Part shown: piece after piece, positions 40,774 to 50,570 of the stretch | How positions within the stretch are numbered: the stretch's first letter is position 1 | Layout of the letters: every line of letters starts with the position of its first letter | NCBI GenBank assembly: GCA_039028615.1 | Contig: JBCCHT010000036.1 | Location: 1 to 64,000 of the forward strand | Direction: 5' to 3' | Source of the DNA: Myxococcota bacterium | GTDB lineage: Bacteria > Myxococcota_A > Polyangia > Nannocystales > Nannocystaceae | Length of the DNA: 64,000 nucleotides | The notes under the pieces: generated by a model | Seen by the model: the letters and a program-made list of their open reading frames with translations, nothing else | Databases searched by the model: none | What the model was told of the DNA's origin: nothing | Made by a program: the position numbers and the translations under genes

Positions 40774-43593
40774 TCAGCCCGATTCGGCCGAATATACGGG
40801 AGCGTCGTGCTCGCGCTGCTCGATGGCGGTCCGCAACAGGGGGTGCTCGGCCAGATCCGGGTCTTCTTCGAGCAGGGTCGCGGCCGCTTCACGAGCGTCG
40901 AGCAGCATCCGCGTGCCCTCGCCCGCAAAGCCCATGAAGCGCAGCCGGGGCACGCCAGCCTGCCGCGTCCCGAAAATCTCGCCGGGCCCGCGCATCGCCA
41001 GGTCGTGCTCGGCCACCGCGAACCCATCGGAGGTCTCGGTCATCACCGCCAAGCGCTGGGCACTCTCGGACTTTGGACCCAGCGCGGTGTGAATGAGGCA
41101 CAGCGACGCCCCCCCTCCCCGACCGATGCGTCCGCGGAGCTGATGCAGCTGCGCGAGCCCGAAGCGCTCGGCGTGCTCCACCAAGATCGCCCGCGCGGCA
41201 GGCACGTCGACGCCGACCTCGATGACGGTGGTCGCCACCAGCACGCGGTAGCGACCCTCCCGGAATGCGTTCATGACCGCGTCTTTGTCCTCGGAGCTCA
41301 TGCGGCCGTGCACGATCCCGATCTCGACGTCGGGCATCAGCTCGCGCAGCGCCGCGGCCGAGGCTTCGACATGGCTGGCATCGATGGCCTCGCTTGCTTC
41401 CACCAGCGGACACACCACGAACGCCTGCGCGTCCTTGCGAACCGCTCGCGCGATGGTCTTGCGCGCCCGCATCAGCGCGGGCTTGCCCGCGAGCAGCCGG
41501 GTGACGGGAGGCTCGCGACCCGGCGGCAGCTCGTCGATGAGCGAGACCTCGAGCTCTCCGTAGGCCGTCAGCGCTAGCGTGCGCGGGATCGGGGTGGCGG
41601 TCATCACCAACAGGTGGGGACGCTCGCCCTTGTCCCGCAGCAGTGCCCGCTGCTCCACGCCGAAGCGGTGCTGCTCGTCGACGACCACCAAGCCCAGGGC
41701 GGCGAACGAGACGTCGGCGACCAATAGCGCATGGGTGCCGACCAGCACGTCGATCTTGCCCGCGGCCAGCAGCGCCAGCAGGCTGTTGCGCTGGGCCCGA
41801 GGCATCGCCCCCGTCAGCAGAGCGACCTTGAGCCCCGCCGTCTTGCACCACGGCTCGAGCGTGCGCAGGTGCTGCTCGGCCAGGATTTCCGTGGGAGCCA
41901 TCAACGCGGCCTGAGCTCCCGCTGCCACCGCGGCTCGGATCGCCGCGAACGCCACCGCCGTCTTGCCCGAGCCGACGTCGCCCTGCAACAGCCGCAGCAT
42001 GGGATGCCCGCTGGCCATGTCGGTCTCGATCTCGTCGATGACCCGCCACTGCGCGCCCGTAGGCTCGAAGGGCAAGCATGCCCGCAACCCCTCGCGGTCG
42101 AAGCCCGCCTCGGGGGTCACGAACGCGGCCTGGTCGACGCACCAGTGTCGACGCCGCCGCAACAACAGCAGCTGCAGCAGGAACAGCTCGCCGAAGGCCA
42201 GGCGCCGATGGGCGGGCGAACGCCCCTGGCGTAGCAGCTGGACGTCGGGCGGTGGGAGGTCGGGCGCGGGGTCGTGCAGCCATCGCAGCGCCTCGGCCAG
42301 GGTCGGCAGCGCATGGGCCTTGGCCAGCTTCTCGGGCAGCAGGTCTTCGATGGCTTCGGTGTCGAGCAGCCGATCGAGCGCCTTGCGGACCACGTTGGAG
42401 ATGGTGCGCGCCCCGATGCCTTCGACCACCGGGTAGCGCACCCCGATCGGCGGCGGCGGGTCGTGAGAGGGGTAGACCTCGGGGTGCACGATGCCGAGCC
42501 GTCCCGCGTGCTCTCGGACCGCGCCGACCACGAGCAGCCGGGCCCCGAGCTCGACGCGCTGGGCGAGGCCGCCGACGCGATGGAACCACCGCAGGGTCAG
42601 CGGCGTGCCGTCATCGTCGACCACCTCGGCCGTGGCGAGAAACCGACCGCCTCGTATGAAGCCCTGGCGGAAGCGCTCGACCATGACCTCGACGGAGATG
42701 ACCTCGCCGTCGGCCGCCTCGCCCGGAGGCTTGCGCTCCCGATGATCGCGATAGCCGGCGGGCAGGAAGAACACCAAGTCTTCGAGGGTGGCCAGCCCCC
42801 GCGTCTCGAGCTTGCTCGCCGTCGAAGGTCCTACCCGCGGCAAGACGGTGACCGGCGCATGGGCGAGCGGCGGCAGCTCGTCGAGCGGCGCTTCGAAGTC
42901 CACGGCCGCCGCGGTGCTGGGCTTCGAGTCCCCCGACCTCTGGGAGGCGGTCTTCTTGCTCGCCCGCTTCTTGCTCGACCCCTTCTTGGCGGACGTCTTC
43001 TTCGCGGCGGTCGCCTTCTTTGCGGCGCCTTTGTTCGTGCTCGTCTTCTTCGCCGCGCCCTCGTTCGCGCTCGACTTCTTCGCAGTGCCCTTCTTTGCGC
43101 CCTTTCTGGCGCTCGACTTCTTCGCCGCCCCCTGGGGGGCGGGCGCCTCGGTCTCCTCGCCGTCGTCGACCGCCGCCTTCGGCCGCGGTTCACCGCGAGT
43201 CGTGCGTCGAGGCGCGGCCGCGGCCGAGGCCGCCCGATGCCGCGGCACTCGTTTGTTGGGTCGCGCGGGAGCAGCCGGCGCCCGGCCTTCCCAGGTCATG
43301 CACAGCCGCATGCCGTGGGCCACGACCACGCTGCGATCCTGACGCCCCAACATGTCGAGGCGCTCGAGCCCTTCGGCGAACGCATCCTGCTCACCGGGCC
43401 GCGACCCCAGCTGCCCGCCCGCTTCCGCGAATGCCCGCCAGGCCTGCCGCAAACCATCGGCGACGCCCGGTGCCTCGATGCGGGCGAACCCCTCGGCCGC
43501 CGCCTCGCTCAACCGATCGCGCAGCACGGCCCACGCCTTGCGGGCCGCCGCGCTGATCGGAGCCGGCTTCGGCTCGGGAGGAGGCACCGCCAC
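40774..43593 (-). CDS. recG: ATP-dependent DNA helicase RecG with long N-terminal extension
   Basis: LQGDVGSGKT, APTEILAEQH, DEQHRFG, TATPIPR, EVGVDVP, QLHQLRGR, RGPGE. Confidence 0.95.
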   Translation of the reverse strand: MAVPPPEPKPAPISAAARKAWAVLRDRLSEAAAEGFARIEAPGVADGLRQAWRAFAEAGGQLGSRPGEQDAFAEGLERLDMLGRQDRSVVVAHGMRLCMTWEGRAPAAPARPNKRVPRHRAASAAAAPRRTTRGEPRPKAAVDDGEETEAPAPQGAAKKSSARKGAKKGTAKKSSANEGAAKKTSTNKGAAKKATAAKKTSAKKGSSKKRASKKTASQRSGDSKPSTAAAVDFEAPLDELPPLAHAPVTVLPRVGPSTASKLETRGLATLEDLVFFLPAGYRDHRERKPPGEAADGEVISVEVMVERFRQGFIRGGRFLATAEVVDDDGTPLTLRWFHRVGGLAQRVELGARLLVVGAVREHAGRLGIVHPEVYPSHDPPPPIGVRYPVVEGIGARTISNVVRKALDRLLDTEAIEDLLPEKLAKAHALPTLAEALRWLHDPAPDLPPPDVQLLRQGRSPAHRRLAFGELFLLQLLLLRRRRHWCVDQAAFVTPEAGFDREGLRACLPFEPTGAQWRVIDEIETDMASGHPMLRLLQGDVGSGKTAVAFAAIRAAVAAGAQAALMAPTEILAEQHLRTLEPWCKTAGLKVALLTGAMPRAQRNSLLALLAAGKIDVLVGTHALLVADVSFAALGLVVVDEQHRFGVEQRALLRDKGERPHLLVMTATPIPRTLALTAYGELEVSLIDELPPGREPPVTRLLAGKPALMRARKTIARAVRKDAQAFVVCPLVEASEAIDASHVEASAAALRELMPDVEIGIVHGRMSSEDKDAVMNAFREGRYRVLVATTVIEVGVDVPAARAILVEHAERFGLAQLHQLRGRIGRGGGASLCLIHTALGPKSESAQRLAVMTETSDGFAVAEHDLAMRGPGEIFGTRQAGVPRLRFMGFAGEGTRMLLDAREAAATLLEEDPDLAEHPLLRTAIEQREHDAPVYSAESG

Positions 43594-43686
43594 GACGGCC
43601 GCAGGCTAGCAGCCGGGCCGCCGCCGCGCCCCGAACCACGACGAACGCCCGACGCGAGCGCCGGGCGACTTTGGCGTCCGTCGGCC

Positions 43687-44292
43687 TCAGGCCGGCGGGA
43701 TGAACGAGAACCGCAGCTCGTGGTCACACAAGCGATAGAGGGTGCCCTCTTCGATCTTGTGGTTGTCCACGCGCTCGCCGTTGAACTCGACGCCGTTGGT
43801 GCTGCCGAGATCCTTGACCAAGTAGTCGCCGTCCCGTCGCACGATGGCGCAGTGCCGTCGCGAGATGTTGGCGTCCTTGATGGGGAGATCCGAGTACTTG
43901 GACCCGCGACCGATCACGAACTGCTCCTGGTCGATCGAGTAGCACTGGCCCTCGAAATACAGGTACAGCGGGCGCGTCTTGGAGGTCGAGTCGGGCACGG
44001 GGGCCGGCGCGACCGGAGCCGGCGCCGCTGCGGGAGCGGCCGCTCGAGGAGCCCCGCCCGGCGGGCGAGGCAAAGACGCGGGTCGAGATCGTCCCGGAGG
44101 TGCCGATGGACCGGGCGAAGGGGGTGGCGCCTGCTTGGCGCCGTCGCTGGCCGCCGGCTTTTTCTTGGTGAACAGCTGGACCAACGCCGCCTGAACGACA
44201 TCGTCGGTGCTGATCTCCCGGCGTTGGGCAAGCGCTTCGACCCGGGCCCACAGGTCGTCTCTGCACGTGAACTGTCGGAGTGTCCTGCCCAT
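43687..44292 (-). CDS. Ribbon-helix-helix-like domain, Pro-rich linker, FHA domain
   Basis: IGRGS, ISRRH, DLGSTNG FHA residues; N-terminal RQFTCRDDLWARVEALAQRREISTDDVVQAAL. Confidence 0.8.
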   Translation of the reverse strand: MGRTLRQFTCRDDLWARVEALAQRREISTDDVVQAALVQLFTKKKPAASDGAKQAPPPSPGPSAPPGRSRPASLPRPPGGAPRAAAPAAAPAPVAPAPVPDSTSKTRPLYLYFEGQCYSIDQEQFVIGRGSKYSDLPIKDANISRRHCAIVRRDGDYLVKDLGSTNGVEFNGERVDNHKIEEGTLYRLCDHELRFSFIPPA

Positions 44293-44506
44293 ATCCGCTC
44301 GTTGCACGCCGCGAAGCCGCGTCTCCCTCCAGGGAGAAGGCCATACATGTGCGGTCGGACCGCATCCTAGAAGCAAGCGTGAGAGCGGTCAATATCCTGG
44401 CGCAGACGCATGACCGGGGCCTGCCCGTCTGCGCAGGTGCTGCCGAGGCCGAGACCCGGTCGATCGACTCGGGGACCCGAGGCTATGCTGCCCCGACCAC
44501 TCCCCC

Positions 44507-46159
44507 GTGGACGCGACGATGCCTGCCCCCGAACGCCGATGGCCCCGCACTCGTGCCCTTTGGCCGGCCCTCGCCTCGTTCGGCGCCCGCGGGCTCCCGG
44601 TCGCGGCGCTGGGCCTGGGCCTTTGTTGGTCGTCCACCGCCGCCGCGGCCCCGGGCCAAGGTCTGAGGCTGGGCGGAATCGAGCCCCAGGGTCCCGCGAC
44701 TCGCGCAGTCACCGGCCTGTACCACAACCCGGCCATGCTGGCGGCGATCCCGGGAACGGCCGTGCACGCCTCCATGGGCGCCGGGATTCAGCAGCAACGG
44801 ATCCAGCGCAACACCATCGACCCGCTCACGGGCGAGCCCACGGCCAACCTCGGCTCGACCACCTGGCTGCGCAACGGCGGCCTGTCCTACTTCGCCGGGG
44901 CGAGCGTGTACTTCGATCCGATCGCCGTAGGCATCGGGATCTACGACCTGGGCAGCCGCTACCAGTCCAACTCCGACGGGCCGCTGCGCTACCACCTGGC
45001 GCCCGACCCCGACGTGCGCTGCCTGAGCCTCCGGCTCGATCGCTGCCCGCCCAATGGCGGCTCGGTGCGATCTCAGCAGGACCTCACCATGGCGCTGGCG
45101 TGGAACGGCGGCCGCGTGAAGCTGGGGGCGGCGCTGCACCTGCCGATCGTCTACGAGCGCTTCGCCTTCGACAACGACACGGAGCTCATCGGAAGCGATC
45201 TCATCACGGTGGCCACGTGCACCGACAAAGAGGACCCGACCTGCACCGAGCGGGTGGGCTTCAAGGGCCGCACACAATGGATCCCCCGCAATGACGTCCC
45301 CTCGGGCTTCGACTTTGCGCTGACGGTGGGCGCCTCGGTGAGCCTGGCCAAGGACACGATCACGCTGGGCTTCCGCTATCGCAGCCCCGCATTGCGCCGC
45401 CGCGGAGAGCTGGTGCTGGGCGGGGTGGCGCTGGTGTGCCTGCCCGAGGGCGAGGAAGACCCCGAGCAGAGCGAGCAGGTCCCTGCCTGCGACACCGCGC
45501 AGCCGGTGGGGGCCATCGTGCGTCAGCCGATGCCGCAGCAGATCGCCCTGGGCAGCTCGTTCGCCCTGGGGCCCGCCCGGCTGTGGCGTCTCGATCTCAA
45601 CGCGTACTGGATCGATCTGTGCCCGGGCGGCCTGGCCCCCTCGCAGTGCCCCAGCGCGGGCTCGCAGAACCTGCGCCTCATCGGCCTCGACCGGCAGAGC
45701 GCCGCCCTCCCCGAGTTCTCCCGCTACCGCGGCTCGATGGACCTGTTCGGGGTCGACGCGTACACCCGCTATCGCGCCAAGCGGAACATCTACGTCCTCG
45801 CTGCGGCTCACTTCGCCACGCCTTCGGTGCGACGCGGGGCGACCTCGGCCGCCTTCGACGAGAGCTGGCGGTTGGGCACCAGCGGGGGCGTACGCGTACG
45901 ACTACGCCGGGCCGGCGTCGTGCTCGTACCCGGGTACGGTTTCGACGTCATGCTGCCGCGACGCATCGGCGCCGAGGACGTGTTGTTCAGCCCCGCCGCG
46001 GCGACCGCGTTCAACGAGGGTAGTGGAGACTTGAACGCACCCGGCGCGGATTCGGTGTTGCAGGGCCGAGGTCGACCGACCAACGCGGGCCGCTATTTCG
46101 GCATGCTCCATACCGTGTCGTTCGCCCTCATGTGGGGCGAACGCGACGTGCTCGACTGA
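44507..46159 (+). CDS. Outer-membrane beta-barrel, FadL/OmpP1-like
   Basis: Signal peptide; TGLYHNPAML resembles the FadL-family NPA motif; alternating beta-strand pattern. Confidence 0.55.
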   Translation: MDATMPAPERRWPRTRALWPALASFGARGLPVAALGLGLCWSSTAAAAPGQGLRLGGIEPQGPATRAVTGLYHNPAMLAAIPGTAVHASMGAGIQQQRIQRNTIDPLTGEPTANLGSTTWLRNGGLSYFAGASVYFDPIAVGIGIYDLGSRYQSNSDGPLRYHLAPDPDVRCLSLRLDRCPPNGGSVRSQQDLTMALAWNGGRVKLGAALHLPIVYERFAFDNDTELIGSDLITVATCTDKEDPTCTERVGFKGRTQWIPRNDVPSGFDFALTVGASVSLAKDTITLGFRYRSPALRRRGELVLGGVALVCLPEGEEDPEQSEQVPACDTAQPVGAIVRQPMPQQIALGSSFALGPARLWRLDLNAYWIDLCPGGLAPSQCPSAGSQNLRLIGLDRQSAALPEFSRYRGSMDLFGVDAYTRYRAKRNIYVLAAAHFATPSVRRGATSAAFDESWRLGTSGGVRVRLRRAGVVLVPGYGFDVMLPRRIGAEDVLFSPAAATAFNEGSGDLNAPGADSVLQGRGRPTNAGRYFGMLHTVSFALMWGERDVLD

Positions 46160-46224
46160 GCCGTTCGCTCCCACGGAGACGGCCATCGCTGGTGGCCCCG
46201 GACTTGGTTGGTACACTGCGAACG

Positions 46225-48408
46225 GTGCGCCTTTCGCTCACGCTGTTGATCTCCGCCTGTTTGCTCGCCCCCGCCTCGGGCTGCGCTCACCGAAAGACCC
46301 CGGTCGTCGAGGTCCCCGAAGCGCCACCGGCCATCGGCGATCTCGATGCCTTCGAGCAAGAGCTCAACCGGTACGCGCTGCTGCCCATCGACCACCCCTC
46401 CCGCGAGGGCTACCGCCAGGCGCTGTCCACCTTCCTGGTCGACTACCTCGGCAAGGCGCTCGAGGCCGACAACGAGGCCGAGGCCCACACCGCCCTCGAC
46501 TTCACGCTGGGCCTTTACACGCCCACGGAGCTGCGCCGGGCCAAGCCCGACGCCGCGCTCACGTCCGCGGCCGAGCAGCTGTACCGACGCTCGGCACGGC
46601 ACGGCGCCGAGATGCCCTCGCTGTTCGCCCTGGCGGTGATTCAGCGCTTTGGTGACGACGCCGCCCGCGAGGACGCGCTGTCCCGCTGGGAGGAGCTCGA
46701 GCGCTGGCTCGTGGACAATGGGCCCTTCTCCACCGAGCCCCTGCTCGCCCACGAGGAGCTCGAGCGCGCGCTCGAGACCATCGCCGCCAGCTTCCCCACC
46801 CCCTTCGTCGTCCAGCGACTCTCCGATCTCTACGTCGCGCGCTACGAGCAGGCCAAAGAAGCCCACGCCGCGGGCGGGGGCCTCGGCACCACCTCGCAGC
46901 AGCGCATCGACATCACCGGGTACCTGCTCATGCGGCTGTACCTGCGCGCCGACGATCCCAACGGGGCCTTGACGGCGATGGACCGGGTCGAGAGTAGCGC
47001 ACCCGTGCGACAGCTTCGCGACACGGTCGACAAGGCCTTCAACAGCCGCCGCAGCGCCCAGCGGTTGCTGTCGCTGGCCGACAAGCTCCGCCCCGAGCCC
47101 GACGCCGACCCCGGCCTGCCCTACGTGACGCAGTCGTGGGGCATCATCCACAACCTCAGCCGTCGGGCTCTGCAGGCGCACCCCAAAGATCCCTTCGTGC
47201 ACCTGATGCGGGCCGAAGCCCTGCGCCAAGACGGCCTCGTCGCCGCCGCGCTGCACCACCTGCGTCGCAGCCTGGAGCTCAAAGACGACGTCTACGAGAC
47301 GTGGGAGACCCTGGCGCAGCTCGAGCAAGTCGAGCTCGACGAGCTCGCCCACACCGATGCCGATGCCGCCCTGGTCCGGCTCGCCGAGGTCGAGGCGCTG
47401 CACCAGCGCGCGATGAAGCTGTGGAGCGATCGCCCGATCCGCCCCGGCCTTCCCGAGGCCTACTTCACGGTGGCCGAGGGGCTGTACCAGGCGGGCCGCG
47501 TCGACGATGCGGAGGCACTGCTCGACAAGAGCCTGGCCATCGAGGCCCAGCCGCACGCCCTCGACCTGCTGGGCACCATCGCCTTCAAGCGGGCGCAGTT
47601 CGGCGCCGCCCAGGCCCACTACGAAGACCTCGCGCGCCTGCCCTACGAGGGCACCAGCACCAAGCTCCGCTGGGAGGCGCGCGCCCGCGGGCAGCTCGGT
47701 GAGATCGCCCTGCGCCGCGGCGACTCCGAGGCCTCCACCGCGCACTTCCGCGTGGCACTGCGCCAGACCAACGAGCTGCTGACCCAGCCCACCAACACCG
47801 TCGAGACCCAGGCCAACCGCATCCTGGAGCGGGGCCGCCTGCTGTTCTTCCTCGGCGAGGTCGAGCTGGCCACCCAGGACTTCGAGTACGCCCACGAGCT
47901 CGAGCCCGGCTTCACCCGGGCCTACGCGGAGCCCATGCTCCAGCTCGTCTCGCACGGCTACTACTACGAAGCAGTGGAGATCTTCCGCCGGGCCATGGAC
48001 CGCGGCGACGTCCCGCGTGATCTCAAGCTCTACTTCAGCCTCTGGCTCAACGATCTCGCCCTGCGACAGGGCCGAACGCCCGACACCGTGGCGGCCGCGT
48101 TCCTGCACGACTACGAGGGCAAGGGCTGGGGCTCCATGCTGGCCCGCCACGCCCGCGGCGAGGTCGACTACCCGGCGCTGCTCGACGGGGCCGGAGACGC
48201 GGGCCAGCGCGCGGAGGCGTTCTTCTACGAGGGCCTACGCCGCTGGCGGGCGGGCGACCCCGAGGGCGCCAAAGACCTGCTGCAGAAGGTGCTCGACAGC
48301 GGCCTCATGGGCTTTTTCGAGTACGACATGGCCCAGACCTATCTCGGCTGGGGCGAGCTACCCGCCGACGCCCGCTCGCCCGGCATGGGCGGCGTTGCTC
48401 AACATTGA
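46225..48408 (+). CDS. TPR lipoprotein with NlpI-like C-terminus
   Basis: ASGC lipobox; TPR-like helices; AEAFFYEG...GFFEYDMA C-terminal motif; start approximate. Confidence 0.65.
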   Translation: MRLSLTLLISACLLAPASGCAHRKTPVVEVPEAPPAIGDLDAFEQELNRYALLPIDHPSREGYRQALSTFLVDYLGKALEADNEAEAHTALDFTLGLYTPTELRRAKPDAALTSAAEQLYRRSARHGAEMPSLFALAVIQRFGDDAAREDALSRWEELERWLVDNGPFSTEPLLAHEELERALETIAASFPTPFVVQRLSDLYVARYEQAKEAHAAGGGLGTTSQQRIDITGYLLMRLYLRADDPNGALTAMDRVESSAPVRQLRDTVDKAFNSRRSAQRLLSLADKLRPEPDADPGLPYVTQSWGIIHNLSRRALQAHPKDPFVHLMRAEALRQDGLVAAALHHLRRSLELKDDVYETWETLAQLEQVELDELAHTDADAALVRLAEVEALHQRAMKLWSDRPIRPGLPEAYFTVAEGLYQAGRVDDAEALLDKSLAIEAQPHALDLLGTIAFKRAQFGAAQAHYEDLARLPYEGTSTKLRWEARARGQLGEIALRRGDSEASTAHFRVALRQTNELLTQPTNTVETQANRILERGRLLFFLGEVELATQDFEYAHELEPGFTRAYAEPMLQLVSHGYYYEAVEIFRRAMDRGDVPRDLKLYFSLWLNDLALRQGRTPDTVAAAFLHDYEGKGWGSMLARHARGEVDYPALLDGAGDAGQRAEAFFYEGLRRWRAGDPEGAKDLLQKVLDSGLMGFFEYDMAQTYLGWGELPADARSPGMGGVAQH

Positions 48409-48475
48409 GCACTTCGGGGCCGCTGCTCCAATTGCCGACGCCCGGGCCGCGTAAAGCGAACTCGGGCGTCGTCGT

Positions 48476-48550
48476 TGGAGGCGCGGGCCGGATTCGAACC
48501 GGCGAATGGAGCTTTTGCAGAGCTCTGCCTTACCACTTGGCCACCGCGCC
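48476..48550 (-). tRNA. tRNA-Cys(GCA)
   Basis: GGCGCGGTGGCCAAGTGGTAAGGCAGAGCTCTGCAAAAGCTCCATTCGCCGGTTCGAATCCGGCCCGCGCCTCCA: full cloverleaf, GCA anticodon, TTCGAATCC, encoded CCA. Confidence 0.97.
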
Positions 48551-48649
48551 GTGGGGCGGGGTTCGTACCACGGGCTCTGCGGCAGAGCAAGGCTCCCCGC
48601 CGCGGAACTCGACGGTCCTCGAACCGGGCGCAGATGAGCCCTAGCGACG

Positions 48650-48687
48650 AAAAAAGGGCGGTGCCGGTTCGAGACCGGGCACCGCCC
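48650..48687 (-). terminator. Intrinsic terminator
   Basis: Minus strand GGGCGGTGCCCGGTC..ACCGGCACCGCCC followed by TTTTTT. Confidence 0.75.
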
Positions 48688-48713
48688 ATTTGGAGTCCGA
48701 GAAGGATTCGCGG

Positions 48714-49556
48714 CTAGAGTCCGCCGAGCGGATCGTCTCCGTCGTTCAGACCCAGCTTCTCCTTGCGCCCGGTGCTCTTGGGCTTGACGGGGCTGGACGA
48801 CGAGGAGGAAGAGGAGCTGCTGCTGGAGCCGCTCTTCTTCTTGCGAGGCTTGCGGGCCTTGCCGCTCTTCGAGGAGGCCTGCTCCTGCTCGGCCTCGTTG
48901 GCTGCGATCTGCTTGTCGAGCGCCTGCAGCTTCGCCTCGAGTTCCTTGCGCTTGCTCTCGTCACCCTTGGCGGCCTCGATCTCGGCCTGGAGATCGGTGC
49001 GCTCTTTTTCCATGCGCGCCTGCTCGGCCTCGAGGGCATCGAGCTTGGCGGTGATGGCCTCGAGGGCCTCGGCCTGCTTGGCCGCGAGTTCCTCGGCCTT
49101 GGCCTTCTGTTCGGCCTCTTGCTCGGCCTCGGCGTTGCTGCGGTACCACATGACACCCGCGCCAACGATGCCGAGGAACAGCACGGGCACCACGACCAGC
49201 GGCCACTTGGGCTTGGCCTTTTCTTCGCTCAGCTTGATCTGAGCGTCGAGGCGCATCTGCTCCTCTTTGAGGCGAGCCTCTTGCTCCGCGCGAGCGCGGG
49301 CCTCGGCCTCCTGCACTCGCATTCGCTCCTCACGCTCGAGGGCCTCGCGAGCCTGTCGCTCGGCTTCGAGTCGGGCGGCCTCTTCGGCGGCTTTGCGCTC
49401 GGCCTCTTCGCGAGCGATTCGCTCGGCCTCGAGCCGGGCGTTTTCTGCGGCCTGGGCCGCAGCCACGCGAGCTTGTTCCTCTTCGTTGACTCGATCGGCT
49501 TCGAGGTTCTGTAGCTCGCTCAACGCCATCAAGGCGGAGTTCTCGGAATTGTCCAT
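48714..49556 (-). CDS. Coiled-coil single-pass membrane protein (TolA-like composition)
   Basis: E/A/R coiled coil, TM WPLVVVPVLFLGIVGAGVMW, second coiled coil, Ser/Lys tail, DDPLGGL end. Confidence 0.75.
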   Translation of the reverse strand: MDNSENSALMALSELQNLEADRVNEEEQARVAAAQAAENARLEAERIAREEAERKAAEEAARLEAERQAREALEREERMRVQEAEARARAEQEARLKEEQMRLDAQIKLSEEKAKPKWPLVVVPVLFLGIVGAGVMWYRSNAEAEQEAEQKAKAEELAAKQAEALEAITAKLDALEAEQARMEKERTDLQAEIEAAKGDESKRKELEAKLQALDKQIAANEAEQEQASSKSGKARKPRKKKSGSSSSSSSSSSSSPVKPKSTGRKEKLGLNDGDDPLGGL

Positions 49557-49773
49557 GGTTCTCGGTCCTCTCCTCGTCCTTACTCTGTTCAACGAACGAC
49601 ACGGTCGTTCGTTCCCCGGCTTTGCGGTCCGACCTTCATCGAGCGGTCGGTCCGGCTTCGCCCCTTCCTCTTCCCTGGATTCGCCCCGTCAGCGCGCCGT
49701 CGACGGGGATGCACCGATTGAGAATTTGCCCAATTTTTCTTCGCGATGCCACCCCAACGGTAGCGTGCGTGGC

Positions 49774-50352
49774 ATGTCGGCCCGTGGCCCGTCTCTTCTT
49801 CGCTCCTGGAAGCTCGGCTTGCTCCTCGCGCCCGTGCGCGTGCGACTGTCGGTGGCCGCCGGTATGGCAATTGGGGTGCTGGGCACCGCTGCAATGGCTT
49901 CTACGCCCGCGCCTACATCTCCCACTCCGGTGATGACCCGGATCCAACACAGCCGGGTGCTCTCGTATCCCGCCGATCATGTATGGCCGGCCGCGATTCG
50001 TTATCTGCGAGTCGACCGAAAATACTCGCTGGTCGATCGCGATCGGGAAGCCGGCTTCATCCTGTTCGATTTTCCCGTCGGCACGAACCCCGATGGCCCC
50101 TCCGGCCGGGGCAGCCTCGAGCTGGTCACCACGAAGGACGCGTCGGGGCGCCCCTCTGTGAAGCTCAACGTGAGCACCGACGCGGGGCCCACCCACCTGC
50201 CGCACGCCATTGCCGACGGGGTGGCCTCGAAGCTGCGGGAGGAACGCGGTCAACCCGCACCTCCGCCGCGCACCGAGCCCCCGACGCCGCCCAAGCCTCC
50301 GGTCGAAGACGACGGCCCCTGGGCCAACCAACCGCCCGACAGCGGCCTCTAG
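49774..50352 (+). CDS. Hypothetical exported protein
   Basis: Hydrophobic N-region; VWPAAIRYLRVD..DRDREAGFILF; Pro-rich tail; start uncertain. Confidence 0.6.
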   Translation: MSARGPSLLRSWKLGLLLAPVRVRLSVAAGMAIGVLGTAAMASTPAPTSPTPVMTRIQHSRVLSYPADHVWPAAIRYLRVDRKYSLVDRDREAGFILFDFPVGTNPDGPSGRGSLELVTTKDASGRPSVKLNVSTDAGPTHLPHAIADGVASKLREERGQPAPPPRTEPPTPPKPPVEDDGPWANQPPDSGL

Positions 50353-50570
50353 AAGCCCCCTGCGGGCTGCGAGCACGCCGGGCCAACCAGGGTCGCCCCC
50401 CTTCCCTCCTGCCGCCGCAGGAGCGTGGGCTCGGGCCGCCTTTCCGGTGCGGTACCGTAGAACCTGGGGCGATTGAACGCGCGGCGATCCCTCTGCGGGA
50501 ACGCATTACGACGGTTGCGCGCGGGCCTTTGCGATCGCGTCGCCGGGCATGGCATGACCCGGAGCACGTC

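Noticed and set aside
32265..44292. GarA-like control of the large GDH by the nearby FHA protein
   Set aside because: The genes are ~7 kb apart, and the FHA protein lacks the GarA N-terminal ETTS motif, having an RHH-like N-terminus instead
48476..48550. tRNA-Cys as an integration site for an island
   Set aside because: No integrase and no duplicated tRNA 3' end seen in the window
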